Source of the DNA: Hormiphora californensis
Lineage: Eukaryota; Animalia; Ctenophora
Reading direction: 5' to 3'
DNA: 64,000 bases
Assembly (NCBI GenBank): GCA_020137815.1
Contig: CM035358.1
Coordinates: 6,572,001-6,636,000 of the forward strand
Program-made: the position numbers and the translations under genes
Shown: in pieces, positions 1-12,257 of the stretch
Numbering within the stretch: the first letter of the stretch is position 1
Layout of the letters: every line of letters starts with the position of its first letter
The notes under the pieces: model-generated
Database searches by the model: none
Seen by the model: only the letters and a program-made list of their open reading frames with translations
What the model was told of the DNA's origin: nothing

Positions 1-2286
1 ACTCTGAGACCTGGATTTGTTAAGTGAGGACTCTGAGACCTGGATTTGTTAAGTGAGGACTCTGAGACCTGGATTTGTTAAGTGAGGACTCTGAGACCTG
101 GATTTGTTAAGTGAGGACTCTGAGACCTGGATTTGTTAAGTGAGGACTCTGAGACCTGGATTTGTTAAGTGAGGACTCTGAGACCTGGATTTGTTAAGTG
201 AGGACTCTGAGACCTGGATTTGTTAAGTGAGGACTCTGAGACCTGGATTTGTTAAGTGAGGACTCTGAGACCTGGATTTGTTAAGTGAGGACTCTGAGAC
301 CTGGATTTGTTAAGTGAGGACTCTGAGACCTGGATTTGTTAAGTGAGGACTCTGAGACCTGGATTTGTTAAGTGAGGACTCTGAGACCTGGATTTGTTAA
401 GTGAGGACTCTGAGACCTGGATTTGTTAAGTGAGGACTCTGAGACCTGGATTTGTTAAGTGAGGACTCTGAGACCTGGATTTGTTAAGTGAGGACTCTGA
501 GACCTGGATTTGTTAAGTGAGGACTCTGAGACCTAGATTTGTTAAGTGAGGACTCTGAGACCTGGATTTGTTAAGTGAGGACTCTGAGACCTGGATTTGT
601 TAAGTGAGGACTCTGAGACCTGGATTTGTTAAGTGAGGACTCTGAGACCTGGATTTGTTAAGTGAGGACTCTGAGACCTGGATTTGTTAAGTGAGGACTC
701 TGAGACCTGGATTTGTTAAGTGAGGACTCTGAGACCTGGATTTGTTAAGTGAGGACTCTGAGACCTGGATTTGTTAAGTGAGGACTCTGAGACCTGGATT
801 TGTTAAGTGAGGACTCTGAGACCTGGATTTGTTAAGTGAGGACTCTGAGACCTGGATTTGTTAAGTGAGGACTCTGAGATCTGGATTTGTTAAGTGAGGA
901 CTCTGAGACCTGGATTTGTTAAGTGAGGACTCTGAGACCTGGATTTGTTAAGTGAGGACTCTGAGACCTGGGTTTGTTAAGTGAGGACTCTGAGACCTGG
1001 ATTTGTTAAGTGAGGACTCTGAGACCTGGATTTGTTAAGTGAGGACTCTGAGATCTGGATTTGTTAAGTGAGGACTCTGAGACCTGGATTTGTTAAGTGA
1101 GGACTCTGAGACCTGGATTTGTTAAGTGAGGACTCTGAGACCTGGATTTGTTAAGTGAGGACTCTGAGACCTGGATTTGTTAAGTGAGGACTCTGAGACC
1201 TGGATTTATTAAGTGAGGACTCTGAGACCTGGATTTGTTAAGTGAGGACTCTGAGACCTGGATTTGTTAAGTGAGGACTCTGAGACCTGGATTTGTTAAG
1301 TGAGGATTCTGAGATCTGGATTTGTTAAGTGAGGACTCTGAGACCTGGATTTGTTAAGTGAGGACTCTGAGACCTAGATTTGTTAAGTGAGGACTCTGAG
1401 ACCTGGATTTGTTGAGTGAGGACTCTGAGACCTGGATTTGTTAAGTGAGGACTCTGAGACCTGGATTTGTTAAGTGAGGACTCTGAGACCTGGATTTGTA
1501 AAGTGAGGACTCTGAGACCTGGATTTGTTAAGTGAGGACTCTGAGACCTGGATTTGTTAAGTGAGGACTCTGAGACCTGGATTTGTTAAGTGAGGACTCT
1601 GAGACCTGGATTTGTTAAGCGAAGACTCTGAGACCTGGATTTGTTAAGTGAGGACTCTGAGACCTGGATTTGTTAAGTGAGGACTCTGAGACCTGGATTT
1701 GTTAAGTGAGGATTCTGAGACCTGGATTTGTTAAGTGAGGACTCTGAGACCTGGATTTGTTAAGTGAGGACTCTGAGACCTGGATTTGTTAAGTGAGGAC
1801 TCTGAGACCTGGATTTGTTAAGTGAGGACTCTGAGACCTGGATTTATTAAGTGAGGACTCTGAGACCTGGATTTGTTAAGTGAGGACTCTGAGACCTGGA
1901 TTTGTTAAGTGAGGACTCTGAGACCTGGATTTGTTAAGTGAGGACTCTGAGACCTGGATTTGTAAAGTGAGGACTCTGAGACCTGGATTTGTTAAGTGAG
2001 GACTCTGAGACCTGGATTTGTTAAGTGAGGACTCTGAGACCTGGATTTGTTAAGTGAGGACTCTGAGACCTGGATTTGTTAAGTGAGGACTCTGAGACCT
2101 GGATTTATTAAGTGAGGACTCTGAGACCTGGATTTGTTAAGTGAGGACTCTGAGACCTGGATTTGTTAAGTGAGGACTCTGAGACCTGGATTTGTTAAGT
2201 GAGGACTCTGAGACCTGGATTTGTTAAGTGAGGACTCTGAGACCTGGATTTGTTAAGTGAGGACTCTGAGACCTGGATTTGTTAAG
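1..2286. repeat. 29-bp tandem satellite array 1 (ACTCTGAGACCTGGATTTGTTAAGTGAGG), ~79 copies, open at window edge
   Basis: Head-to-tail near-identical 29-mers with scattered single substitutions and no unique spacers. Confidence 0.98.
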
Positions 2287-2461
2287 TTATTTCCTGTTAT
2301 ATTTCCAAGAATCAAGAAGTTTTGGCTTGTGAAGAAAGTGGGAACTCAACTATTATATTATATCTTTATAACTCAACTATTATATTATGTTTTTAAATAT
2401 TTTATCGTTTCTACAATCGTGTTTCTTCTTAAGCCTCATAATTATCTGTGTTAAGATTTAC

Positions 2462-3691
2462 TCAATAAACTTCTCTCCTTTTAGCAGTAGCAGCCATGAA
2501 GTCGTAATACGGTGCCAAGATGTTATTCTGAACAGCTCCTTCAAGGACACATCTAAACTAAGGTACAATTTGAATTGATTTCCAAACGGCACCCTTTTTA
2601 AGTTTAGTCTTAGTTGCCTTGCTCGACCCTGTCTCACCTGTATACAGGCCTTGGCCTTGACCTAGAACAATGTCTAGTTGAAGGATTAGAGAAACTTCCA
2701 AAAGTTTCAAAGGAGCGGTTGTTTAAACTTGCTACTCCTCACTTTTCCATGACCAGACCGTAGTATTGTGTATACTGAAGACTGCACTTTTCTGAGGTCT
2801 CTACAGCAGATCTAAGGGGTGATTCAAAAAGGACGGCCAGGCCCCTAAGGGAAATTTTCTTTTCTTTTGGAGTTCCCCCTACATATGAGAATGGTGACTC
2901 TTATTTTGGGTATGACATCCCCTCATTTCTCTCCCTACTGCGCTGTACTCTCTCACGATGTTGTGCGTGCTACGTCTAATTAGGTACTACGGGGGCGTCT
3001 AGTTAGGACTTAGGGATGGGGGCGAGTGAAAAGAGAGGGGACACCGTACCCAACCTCGTATCGGCATCACACGTCAGTACTTTATTTTTGTTTGCTTGGG
3101 GTCCATCAGTGTGGTCGGCTTTTTGACATAATTTAGTTAACCTTTCCTTGACTTTATCCCAGCTATGGAGATGATAAGTCAGCTTTGTAGCTCAGCTGTC
3201 ATTTAATTAGCATATTTTACGGTGGGATGTTTGTTGATTACAACTGATTGCTATTGAAATTGTAGATTACTAGCCTCTCCTGTGTTAATTGCTAATAACT
3301 AACTCTTGTAGCAAGCTATGACTCTAGGGGAACAACATGTTGATCTTGCAAAGATGGTGGTTAGTTTAGCAGAAATGCTGTCCGATCTCATTGATGTACA
3401 AGTGTGGGTGGTACTGTTTGAGTTGGCGATAATAGGATTGGTCATAGGACTTGCACTGGTGTACTCGTTTGACTCCTACATAAAAGATTTAAAAATGAAG
3501 AAAATGATGGAGAAGTTGTCGATAATGGAAATGAAACTTGCGGAAAAAGCTTAACTTGTGGACCAGGGAAAAGGAAACCATAGTAATTGTCTAATATACT
3601 TACACCACCAAAGACTTCATACTTGGAAGGTGTGGTTGTAATGACAGTGAGGACTCTGAGACATGGATTTGTTAAGTGAGGACTCTGAGAC
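2462..3691 (-). CDS. Probable 3' exons of the secreted propeller/lectin-like gene (about 7 short exons between the two satellite arrays)
   Basis: Minus-strand AG..GT-bounded segments give mostly phase-compatible peptides: VSESSLNKSMSQSPHCHYNHTFQ (3691-3623), ESNEYTSASPM..CCSPRVIACYK (3475-3304), WDKVKERLTKLCQK..CDADTR, RSTHNIVREYS.., SAVETSEKCSLQYTQYYGLVMEK, SRPRPVYR, CVLEGAVQNNILAPYYDFMAATAKRREVY* (TGA 2464-2462). One junction near 3300/3160 is unresolved. Confidence 0.5.
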
Positions 3692-5104
3692 CTGGATTTG
3701 TTAAGTGAGGATTCTGAGACCTGGATTTGTTAAGTGAGGACTCTGAGACCTGGATTTGTTAAGTGAGGACTCTGAGACCTGGATTTGTTAAGTGAGGACT
3801 CTGAGACCTGGATTTGTTAAGTGAGGACTCTGAGACCTGGATTTGTTAAGTGAGGACTCTGAGACCTGGATTTGTTAAGTGAGGACTCTGAGACCTGGAT
3901 TTGTTAAGTGAGGACTCTGAGACCTGGATTTGTTAAGTGAGGACTCTGAGACCTGGATTTGTTAAGTGAGGACTCTGAGACCTGGATTTGTTAAGTAAGG
4001 GCTCTGAGACCTGGATTTGTTAAGTGAGGACTCTGAGGCCTGGATTTGTTAAGTGAGGACTCTGAGATCTGGGTTTGTTAAGTGAGGACTCTGAGATCTG
4101 GGTTTGTTAAGTGAGGACTCTGAGATCTGGATTTGTTAAGTGAGGACTCTGAGACCTGGATTTGTTAAGTGAGGACTCTGAGACCTGGATTTGTTAAGTG
4201 AGGACTCTGAGACCTGGATTTGTTAAGTGAGGACTCTGAGACCTGGATTTGTTAAGTGAGGACTCTGAGACCTGGATTTGTTAAGTGAGGACTCTGAGAC
4301 CTGGATTTGTTAAGTGAGGACTCTGAGACCTGGATTTGTTAAGTGAGGACTCTGAGACCTGGATTTGTTAAGTGAGGACTCTGAGACCTGGATTTGTTAA
4401 GTGAGGACTCTGAGACCTGGATTTGTTAAGTGAGGACTCTGAGACCTGGATTTGTTAAGTGAGGACTCTGAGACCTGGATTTGTTAAGTGAGGACTCTGA
4501 GACCTGGATTTGTTAAGTGAGGACTCTGAGACCTGGATTTGTTAAGTGAGGACTCTGAGACCTGGATTTGTTAAGTGAGGACTCTGAGACCTGGATTTGT
4601 TAAGTGAGGACTCTGAGACCTGGATTTGTTAAGTGAGGACTCTGAGACCTGGATTTGTTAAGTGAGGACTCTGAGACCTGGATTTGTTAAGTGAGGACTC
4701 TGAGACCTGGATTTGTTAAGTGAGGACTCTGAGACCTGGATTTGTTAAGTGAGGACTCTGAGACCTGGATTTGTTAAGTGAGGACTCTGAGACCTGGATT
4801 TGTTAAGTGAGGACTCTGAGACCTGGATTTGTTAAGTGAGGACTCTGAGACCTGGATTTGTTAAGTGAGGACTCTGAGACCTGGATTTGTTAAGTGAGGA
4901 CTCTGAGACCTGGATTTGTTAAGTGAGGACTCTGAGACCTGGATTTGTTAAGTGAGGACTAGCTTGTAGGACCTGAGACTGATTTGTTAAGTGAGGACTC
5001 TGAGACCTGGATTTGTTAAGTGAGGACTCTGAGACCTGGATTTGTTAAGTGAGGACTCTGAGACCTGGATTTGTTAAGTGAGGACTCTGAGACCTGGATT
5101 TGTA
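3647..5104. repeat. 29-bp tandem satellite array 2, ~50 copies, intronic
   Basis: Same unit as array 1; one disrupted unit near 4960-4980; terminal unit has ACATGG instead of ACCTGG at 3661-3666. Confidence 0.98.
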
Positions 5105-5342
5105 AACTAAGATGTGTATCATTTACTGAAGAATATAATGCAATATATTGAAATATTCAACTATTTTATCGTATATAAAATCTAGTTTCTTGCTTAGTCT
5201 GATAATTTGTGTTGCTGGTAACAGGTGGTTGCTATGGTAACAAATGATATCACTGGTTGCTATGGTAACAAATGATATCACTGGTTGCCATGGTAACAGC
5301 TTACCTCATTGGTTGCCATGGTAACTGTCTATTTTAACTAAC

Positions 5343-8300
5343 CTCACTGGTGGGGACAGCTTCGGATTCAGCGATATAAGGGATGGATGTGGCCTCAGAA
5401 CCACTACCTCCGAATATATCTTGTAGAGACACACCATCCTTTGGAACGTAGCACACGCCGAATCCTGAGAGAGATTATCATAGTGGTATAATGGTAGTGG
5501 TATAATGTTTTCAGGAAAACTCCAGATTCTGGATTTTTTTGAGTCCAGAAATCCTCTTTCACCTATATAATATGTCTTAACCGCACAAAAGTAACTGAAT
5601 TTTAATTTTTTTTGCGACACCGATTCAGAAGTATGTATTTTACCTTGAGTGATGACACTGCTTGACTGCTCTCTAACAGGCCACACAAAGAGCCCTCCTG
5701 CAGCCAGGTTGGGGTAGAAGGGGTACCGGGAAAATATCGTGTACCCATCATACTTGACAATCACCTGACCAGCCACCGTTTGTACCTGGAATATGTGTGT
5801 GAGTTTGTACATGTTCAATGTTCATTAGCATAGAAATATAGAATGCGTGTGTTTTAGGAAAACTTGTCTTTGTTTTTTCGGCTGAGTTTCACTATTTTAA
5901 TCTCCTTATTGTATTGTTTCTACTCTACGCCGCACTATTATAGTATACCTCTAAAGTAAAGAGATCTCCAGCGATGGGTGCTCCCCCGGGACATCCCACG
6001 TTATTGATGACCCGATCTATCGGACCAGTGGGGATCATGTGTCCCATACCATAACAGTCCCTCTCATTCGGACTGGAGGGAAGATGTTGAATTAGTACCG
6101 CAAGTTGATAAATGGGGTTAATAGAGCTAGGCTGAAGGATATACCATGGAAACTTTTAGTTTTTTACTTTTAGTTACTTTTTTGAGTTTTGACTGTTAAA
6201 TTGAATAGTATTCATTTATTTGTAATTTGCTGTGTAACTTGATTGCTGAATGTTACTTTACTGCTGATCGTTACCTGATAAAGATGTAATCAAAATGTTC
6301 CTCATCCTGAAAGTTGAAGGCGATACCAATCCTGGAAGCTGGGTAAGAATCGAACTTGGCCGAGATGGCTATCTTGTAGTCCCCAAACTTGTCCTGGGCC
6401 GATAGTTCGGTAACGGATGAGTTGATGTAGTGTACACAGGGGGCATCCACGCTGAATAGGGATAGGAGTTAGTGTTAAATTTTTTAGTCTTGAGAAATGG
6501 AGGAGAGATGAGGAACGGGGTGCTCATGCTAAGCTGAATAGGAAGGCATTTTAGTTGACTGTTGAGGAGAACTAAATCTGGATTATGGGGTTTGAGGAAT
6601 GATGAAGGGCAGTGTTGCTTATCGACAGTCTCTTTAATTTTCAGGAAATTGATAACTTTTTTATACAGCTCATAGAACGAAAGAGATAGTATTAGTCTTA
6701 AGAAATGAGGAGCGGCGGGGGGGGGGGGGGGGTAGGCCAGGGGATGTGCTACAGATTTGCATTATGTAGATCTGTGCATCAAATAGGTAAAGTACCTCAT
6801 AGCAGAGTAGACGGTTTTCCCGAATGCCTCTTTCCTGGTCTCACAGAGACCATTGTTGATGACACGAACATCCTGCACGTTCGTCTGGGTACAGAATGGG
6901 AAGGTCTGCTCTGAGAAACTTGCTGAAAATATTTGATACTCCTAGTAAATAAGGATGTGGTTTTGAGGATTTGTAGGGTAGGCTACAAACCAGACAAATA
7001 GTTTAAGATGAGACTATTATCAACTGCCCTTTGTAATAACTTTCTGGGTATAGAGACTACAATAAAACGAGGAGCGCTAGCCCCGTACCATGTTTCCATG
7101 ATCACCAACTAACCTGTATCATTGATTTCAAAGACACTGGTCATACAGCAGGACCTACCTGTATCATTGATTTCAAAGACACTGGTCATACAGCAGGACC
7201 TTCCATTTCCAAAGCTTTCCCAGTAGATGAGGTCAGAACTAGACCACACATCTCCCTGGTTGTTTACAGCCAAGAACTTTCCTGTGAAATATTTTAGTAC
7301 ATTTTAGTACATTTAGCAAGTTTAGTAAGTTTGGTGCTAAATTTTAGTACATTTTAGTACAAGAAAGGTTGATACAAAAAGGAACGAAGTACACACCAGA
7401 GTCCAGACAGTAAAAATCTCTGAGAATTACCTGCACTCTTCCACGAATCAATCGATACAATATCATCAAATTTAGAAGGTAGATTCCTTGTCAAATCCTC
7501 AAACCGTGCTTCATTGTGGAACTCCAGCCTGTAGAGTCTTCCCTCACTGGTTACCACAGCAACCTGTCCGTTGACACTCGCAATGCTGACAATGTCCTTG
7601 TCGGTATCGATACTGAGGAACTGATCGTTGAAGTCCCTGAGGGCATCAATCCTGTTCCGTTCCACCTGAAGGAGCCGGACATTGTTTGGCAGTCCTCTGA
7701 TGTTCTCTGAAGAGGGGGTAATGTTAGGGGAGGGGTGATGGTAGGAAGGGGGCCATGGGTTCCTCTATCGGGAGGAAGGGGGTGATGTTGATATTAATAT
7801 GAGGTTGCAGGACTGAGAGAATATTCTATAATCAGATGTAAGAAAGTGGTGCCAATAGAACCCTGACTTAAATTGGAGGGCTGAAAAGAGTTCAGAGAAG
7901 GGCATATAATTGAAGATCAGTAGTAGAAGAATAATGAAGTTAAATGTTGTTACTTTCGTAACCCTCGCTTCGCACCGGATCGCGTAATCTGACAAGTTAA
8001 ATGCACGTACCTACAAATGTGAAGGCGGTTGCACAACACAAAACATAGGAGAAGTTGTCAGAGAAGCTCTTCTTGCTGTAGATGATACCGGATTGTTCCA
8101 GCCCGTACAGCATACCATCAATGGGACTCCTCTCAGCCTGAAATCATACAGGGGGAATATTAGTAATGACTCGATATAGCCACGCACGGCTGGAGGAAAA
8201 TGGATATGTTATGACATGGTTGTTTGAGGAATACACGCCACACGGATATCAAAGTCTGTTATAGCTGGCTTATGAAGTCATGGACTGTCTGGGCAAATGC

Positions 8301-9103
8301 AACTTAACACGAGACATTTAACTGATAAATGTATGTTATGACGTGTGGACCGTCTCCCAGAGGTAGACAGCACATGTTCCCTTGGTAACACGGCTCCTCC
8401 GTAGAAAATGGAGGACCGTCGTTACCAGGCATTTTCCAGGTAGTAAGGGGGTTGTCATGGAGATCACGTACCTACCTGGTTGCCATGGAGATCACGTACC
8501 TGCCTGGTTGCCATGGAGATCACCTACCTGCCTGGTTGCCATGGAGATCACGTACCTTGGTAATCTTGACATTGTCAGGCTGCACCTTCACCCAGTAGTC
8601 TGTCAGTTGGCTGTTGTAAAGGTACACATCCCCATTCTTATCTACACCTCCAACTCCTGAAATTGAGAGAGCGGTCAGCGGGACCCTATCATGCCTATAC
8701 TTGTCGAGTAAGATAGAAGTCCACCCTTACTCAACAACCTTACATTAGCTATCATGGTCCAACCGTGAGCCTTAAATAGCGAGTTCTATAGCGATGGTAC
8801 ACTATCAAGGGGGACAAAGGATAGAAGCTCTTTGGCCGATATAGACGCGAGTGAGCTGTTCCTAGCAAATTCACACCACGCGTTGTGCCGTTGTAGTACA
8901 AGAATTGCGTCCAATAGCTGAGATCTGGAATTCTAAAAGTAATCCTAAAAGCAATGCGTCTACTAGCTCCGTCCCAGTAGGGGTGGAGGAAGGCAAGGTG
9001 TAGTCTAAACTACACCTCTAAACGAATTGAGTTTACCTTCGAATTCCTCGAATCGTTGTGAGGTGATCCCGCTGAAGAGACTGCAAAGTAACAACGCAAG
9101 CAT
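5343..9103 (-). CDS. Multi-exon secreted protein: signal peptide, beta-propeller (tectonin-like) repeats, ConA/lectin-like beta-sandwich domain
   Basis: Exons 9103-9037 (MLALLLCSLFSGITSQRFEEFE), 8656-8556, 8137-8011, 7706-7431, 7281-7159, 6922-6796, 6451-6275, 6072-5949, 5785-5644 and 5464-5343 all have canonical GT-AG and matching phases. Repeats such as GVDKNGDVYLY..W, LYGLEQSGIIY..CC and LAVNNQGDVWS..W..SCC precede GIAFNFQDEEHFDYIFISP..CY.MG..CPGGAP..FTLEV..VIVKYDG. Fold calls are inference. Confidence 0.8.
8452..8556. repeat. 28-bp tandem repeat (4 units) containing the 5' splice donor
   Basis: GATCACGTACCT(G/A)CCTGGTTGCCATGGA units; minus strand reads AG|GTACGTGATCTCCATGG. Confidence 0.85.
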
Positions 9104-9263
9104 CGTGTTGCTCAGCTGGTGCCCCTTAACAGACACAAACACTATAGAAATAAAACAGTACTGTCAATATGGAGTTACAAATGTTAATACGGAGAAGACA
9201 CGAAAAAAAGGAAAAAAAAGAAAATGAGTTACATCGTGTAGGAGTTACACTAGATAAAAACGA

Positions 9264-9342
9264 AAAACATGTTAACATAGAACTTTGGAGAAATGAAAAA
9301 CACGTTAACATAGAACTTTGGAGAAATGAAAAACACGTCAAC
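9264..9342. repeat. 33-bp tandem repeat, ~2.5 copies
   Basis: AAAAACA(T/C)GTTAACATAGAACTTTGGAGAAATG repeated. Confidence 0.85.
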
Positions 9343-9746
9343 AGGAAACTTAATAATAATATAAGAGAAATTGAACTTGGTTAGCAGGAAACTTAAAAGA
9401 AGTAGAACATGGTAAGTGGTAACAGGGAAATAAAACACTGTCAGTTTGAGAGATACAACTGCAACTACCAAATCAAGCGAAAACTCCAAAAAAGAGTTGT
9501 TGAGTTACTCAACAAAAAGAGAGAGAGAGAGGTGTGTTCTAACCCTACATTTGTGCGCGAAACACAGTCTAGCTAGGCAAAAGAGATCAGGTGTGTTCTA
9601 TGGGTGTGTGTGTTTGCTCACTGATATAGTGTGTACGTGTGCAATCTATTACTAGTGCAAAACAAAAACAAACAAATATACACTAGGTATGTCCATGCAG
9701 CTGCAGTAGTATTTTAATGTTATCCCAGCTGCCGATCAAACTTATT

Positions 9747-9845
9747 CCGACCGAAACAAGTAAACAACCAATCAGAACTCGTTATTTAGGTCACGTGACT
9801 GGTTATCAGCCAATCAGCGACCAGTATTTCCTGATTCGGTCGGTT
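9747..9845 (+). mobile_element. hAT-type MITE family A, end-truncated copy
   Basis: CCGACCGAAACAAGTAAACAACCAATCAG..GTCACGTGAC..GATTCGGTCGGTT, flanked by an imperfect ~45-bp direct duplication. Confidence 0.85.
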
Positions 9846-10539
9846 GCAGTAGTATTAATGTTATCCCTGCTACCGATCAAACTCATAATTCAACTTTGAC
9901 AAAAGCTTCAAATAGTAAAAACAACATCATAAAAGTGAAGGTTCAGGAATATATTAGGGGCGTGTCGTATGGGGATAAAGATGGAGAGGATAGGAAATAG
10001 ATAGATAGAGGAAATAGAGAGGAAAATAGAGAGGAAAATAGAGAGGAAAACAGTATATATAATAGCTGAAAAATATATATAAAGTGGAGAGAAGGCGGAT
10101 CGAATTTTACACAGTAGAGAGGATAGGTAGCTCACACAGGACTTTAAGGGGGGGGGGGGGAATCCTTACATATATAATTTAATCCATCTTCTGCAATTTA
10201 TGCAGGGTTGAGAGAGGGAGATAGAGAGAGATAAAGGGATAGATGCAGATGGAGAGAGGGAGATAGAGGGAGATAGGGAGAGAGAGGGGAGGGAGATAAA
10301 AGTGAGTGCGTGTGAACCTGTGTGCGGCATCATATAAATCTTGGGATAAGAGATAGCTGAACGAGGAGGAGGAGGAGAGAAACAAGCACAAACACCCATG
10401 AACTAAGCTGGAAACAACATTCAACACACATAAAAACATGCCGCGGTATATAATATTCAACACAAGAGGTCTGAGAGAGGGTGGAGAAAGTAAAAAAGAC
10501 GAAACCGTCTAATAGGTAAATGACAGTAAATTGAAAAAC

Positions 10540-10618
10540 CAAGTAAACAACCAATCAGAACTCGTTATTTAGGTCACGTGACTGGTTATCAGCCAATCAG
10601 GGACCAGTATTTCCTGAT
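10540..10618 (+). mobile_element. hAT-type MITE family A, internal fragment
   Basis: Core of family A without TIRs, flanked by direct repeat TGACAGTAAATTGAAAAACC. Confidence 0.85.
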
Positions 10619-10919
10619 GACAGTAAATTGAAAAACCGTCCAAATGAGACATTTGAGCTGGGCTAATGTTTGCACTTGATTCACACAGTGTGGGGAAGTG
10701 AGTGTTTCAGGGAAATTAGAAAGCGGATAGACAGACGAAGTGAGATAGATATGATAAGTAAGGGAGAGAGAGAGGGAGTTAGTAACTCTCTCTATCCCTT
10801 GCGAATAACTTGGGTGAGATTGTTACATTAACTAAGAGAGAGAGAGAGTGCGAATAGTGTTGCACAAGCACACAAACATTTTCTGCAAATCCACCAAATT
10901 CAATTTAGTCTCAGTGTTT

Positions 10920-10929
10920 GAGAGAGAGA

Positions 10930-11000
<71 letters not shown>
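10920..11000. repeat. (GA)n microsatellite
   Basis: Long GA dinucleotide run. Confidence 0.95.
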
Positions 11001-11005
<5 letters not shown>

Positions 11006-11149
11006 AAGTAAGGAGCCAGCCTGCTGGAATAGCTATATGTGCTGGTAACATTGTCAAACTGTCTCAGGTAGGTTCTTGTTTTAGCCTACTGAATACTGCT
11101 TCCGAGGTTTTACAGCATCTATCTTTCTATCTCTCTTCCTATATTTTTT

Positions 11150-11169
11150 TCTCTCTCCCTCTCTCTCTC

Positions 11170-11201
<32 letters not shown>

Positions 11202-11214
11202 ATTCTCTCTCTCC

Positions 11215-11258
<44 letters not shown>
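11150..11258. repeat. (CT)n-rich microsatellite
   Basis: CT dinucleotide run. Confidence 0.9.
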
Positions 11259-11262
<4 letters not shown>

Positions 11263-12148
11263 GTCTAGACACTGCAGTAAACATAAACTAAAGATATATC
11301 ATTCCGTATAAATAATAAACTGAACCGGCCCCGATTAGGACACAATATTATACCCCTCCACTAACAATAAATAAATCATTAAATTCTTATTTCTACGAAT
11401 AGACGGGGCCGGGTACAGAGAGAGCTGAGAGAGGGTCGAACAAGACAACGCGAACGTTTCTATAGCACAATGATAGACGAGGCACGGAGAGAGCTGAGAG
11501 AGGGTCGAACAAGACAACGTTTCTATAGCACTGAAAGAAGAAGACAGTGCTGCTGCAATAGTCTGGATCACGGCTCAGGGGGATCCAAATTAAGTTACAA
11601 TTAGGGGAGATAATATAAATATATCCATTAATAATACAAATTTATCGATTATGATACTGATTTATATGGCCTAGTGTGAAGAGGAAGAAGAAGGAATCGA
11701 CGGATTGGGCGATCGAGGGTCACCCCTCCACTTCCAGCCGCGGCAAACGAAGCTACGAGACAGGGCATTGATGAGGCCCGGCATACAAAGTATATATAAT
11801 TCGAATATTAATAGACACGTATAAAGCTGATTAGATAGGTGCAGTACTGCAGTATTTGTAAACGATCAAGGCCGAAAGGTTGGTCTATAATTATAGCGAT
11901 ATGATGATTGCAGATAGCAGATAATAACAGCAGGGAATAGACGCGGGGAATATAGAAGGGTTGTCTTCATGTTTTATAGCAAGGGGGTATTATTTACGAG
12001 TTGGCAAATGACATACAGGAGGTGAAGCAATATCGGATTAGGGAGGGCAAGGGGGATGTGATTCTAAAACTGGCCATGACACCCTTCCAGCTGGATAATA
12101 TATGTAATTTAGGTGCCGCCTGCAGGAACACGTAATATGTGTAATAAG

Positions 12149-12257
12149 CAGGAACCGACCGAAACAAGTAAACAACCAATCAGAACTCCTTATTTAGGTC
12201 ACGTGACTGGTTATCAGCCAATCAGGGACCAGTATTTCCTGATTCGGTCGGTTCCTG
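12149..12257 (+). mobile_element. hAT-type MITE family A, full length
   Basis: 15-bp TIR CAGGAACCGACCGAA / TTCGGTCGGTTCCTG; 8-bp TSD GTAATAAG / GTAATAAC (one mismatch). Confidence 0.9.

Noticed and set aside
3318-3554. 78-aa plus-strand membrane protein ORF between the arrays
   Set aside because: It overlaps, antisense and in register, a minus-strand exon of the spliced gene and is most likely its shadow; not fully excluded.
1-5104. CRISPR array (29-bp repeats)
   Set aside because: Units are contiguous with no unique spacers, there are no cas genes, and the context is eukaryotic and intronic.
5306-5818. 170-aa ORF as a single gene
   Set aside because: It reads through an intron and enters the next exon in the wrong frame; the true phase gives GFGVCYVPKDG.
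11700-11790. Hammerhead-like TGATGAG motif
   Set aside because: It lacks the CTGATGA..GAAA core with supporting stems.
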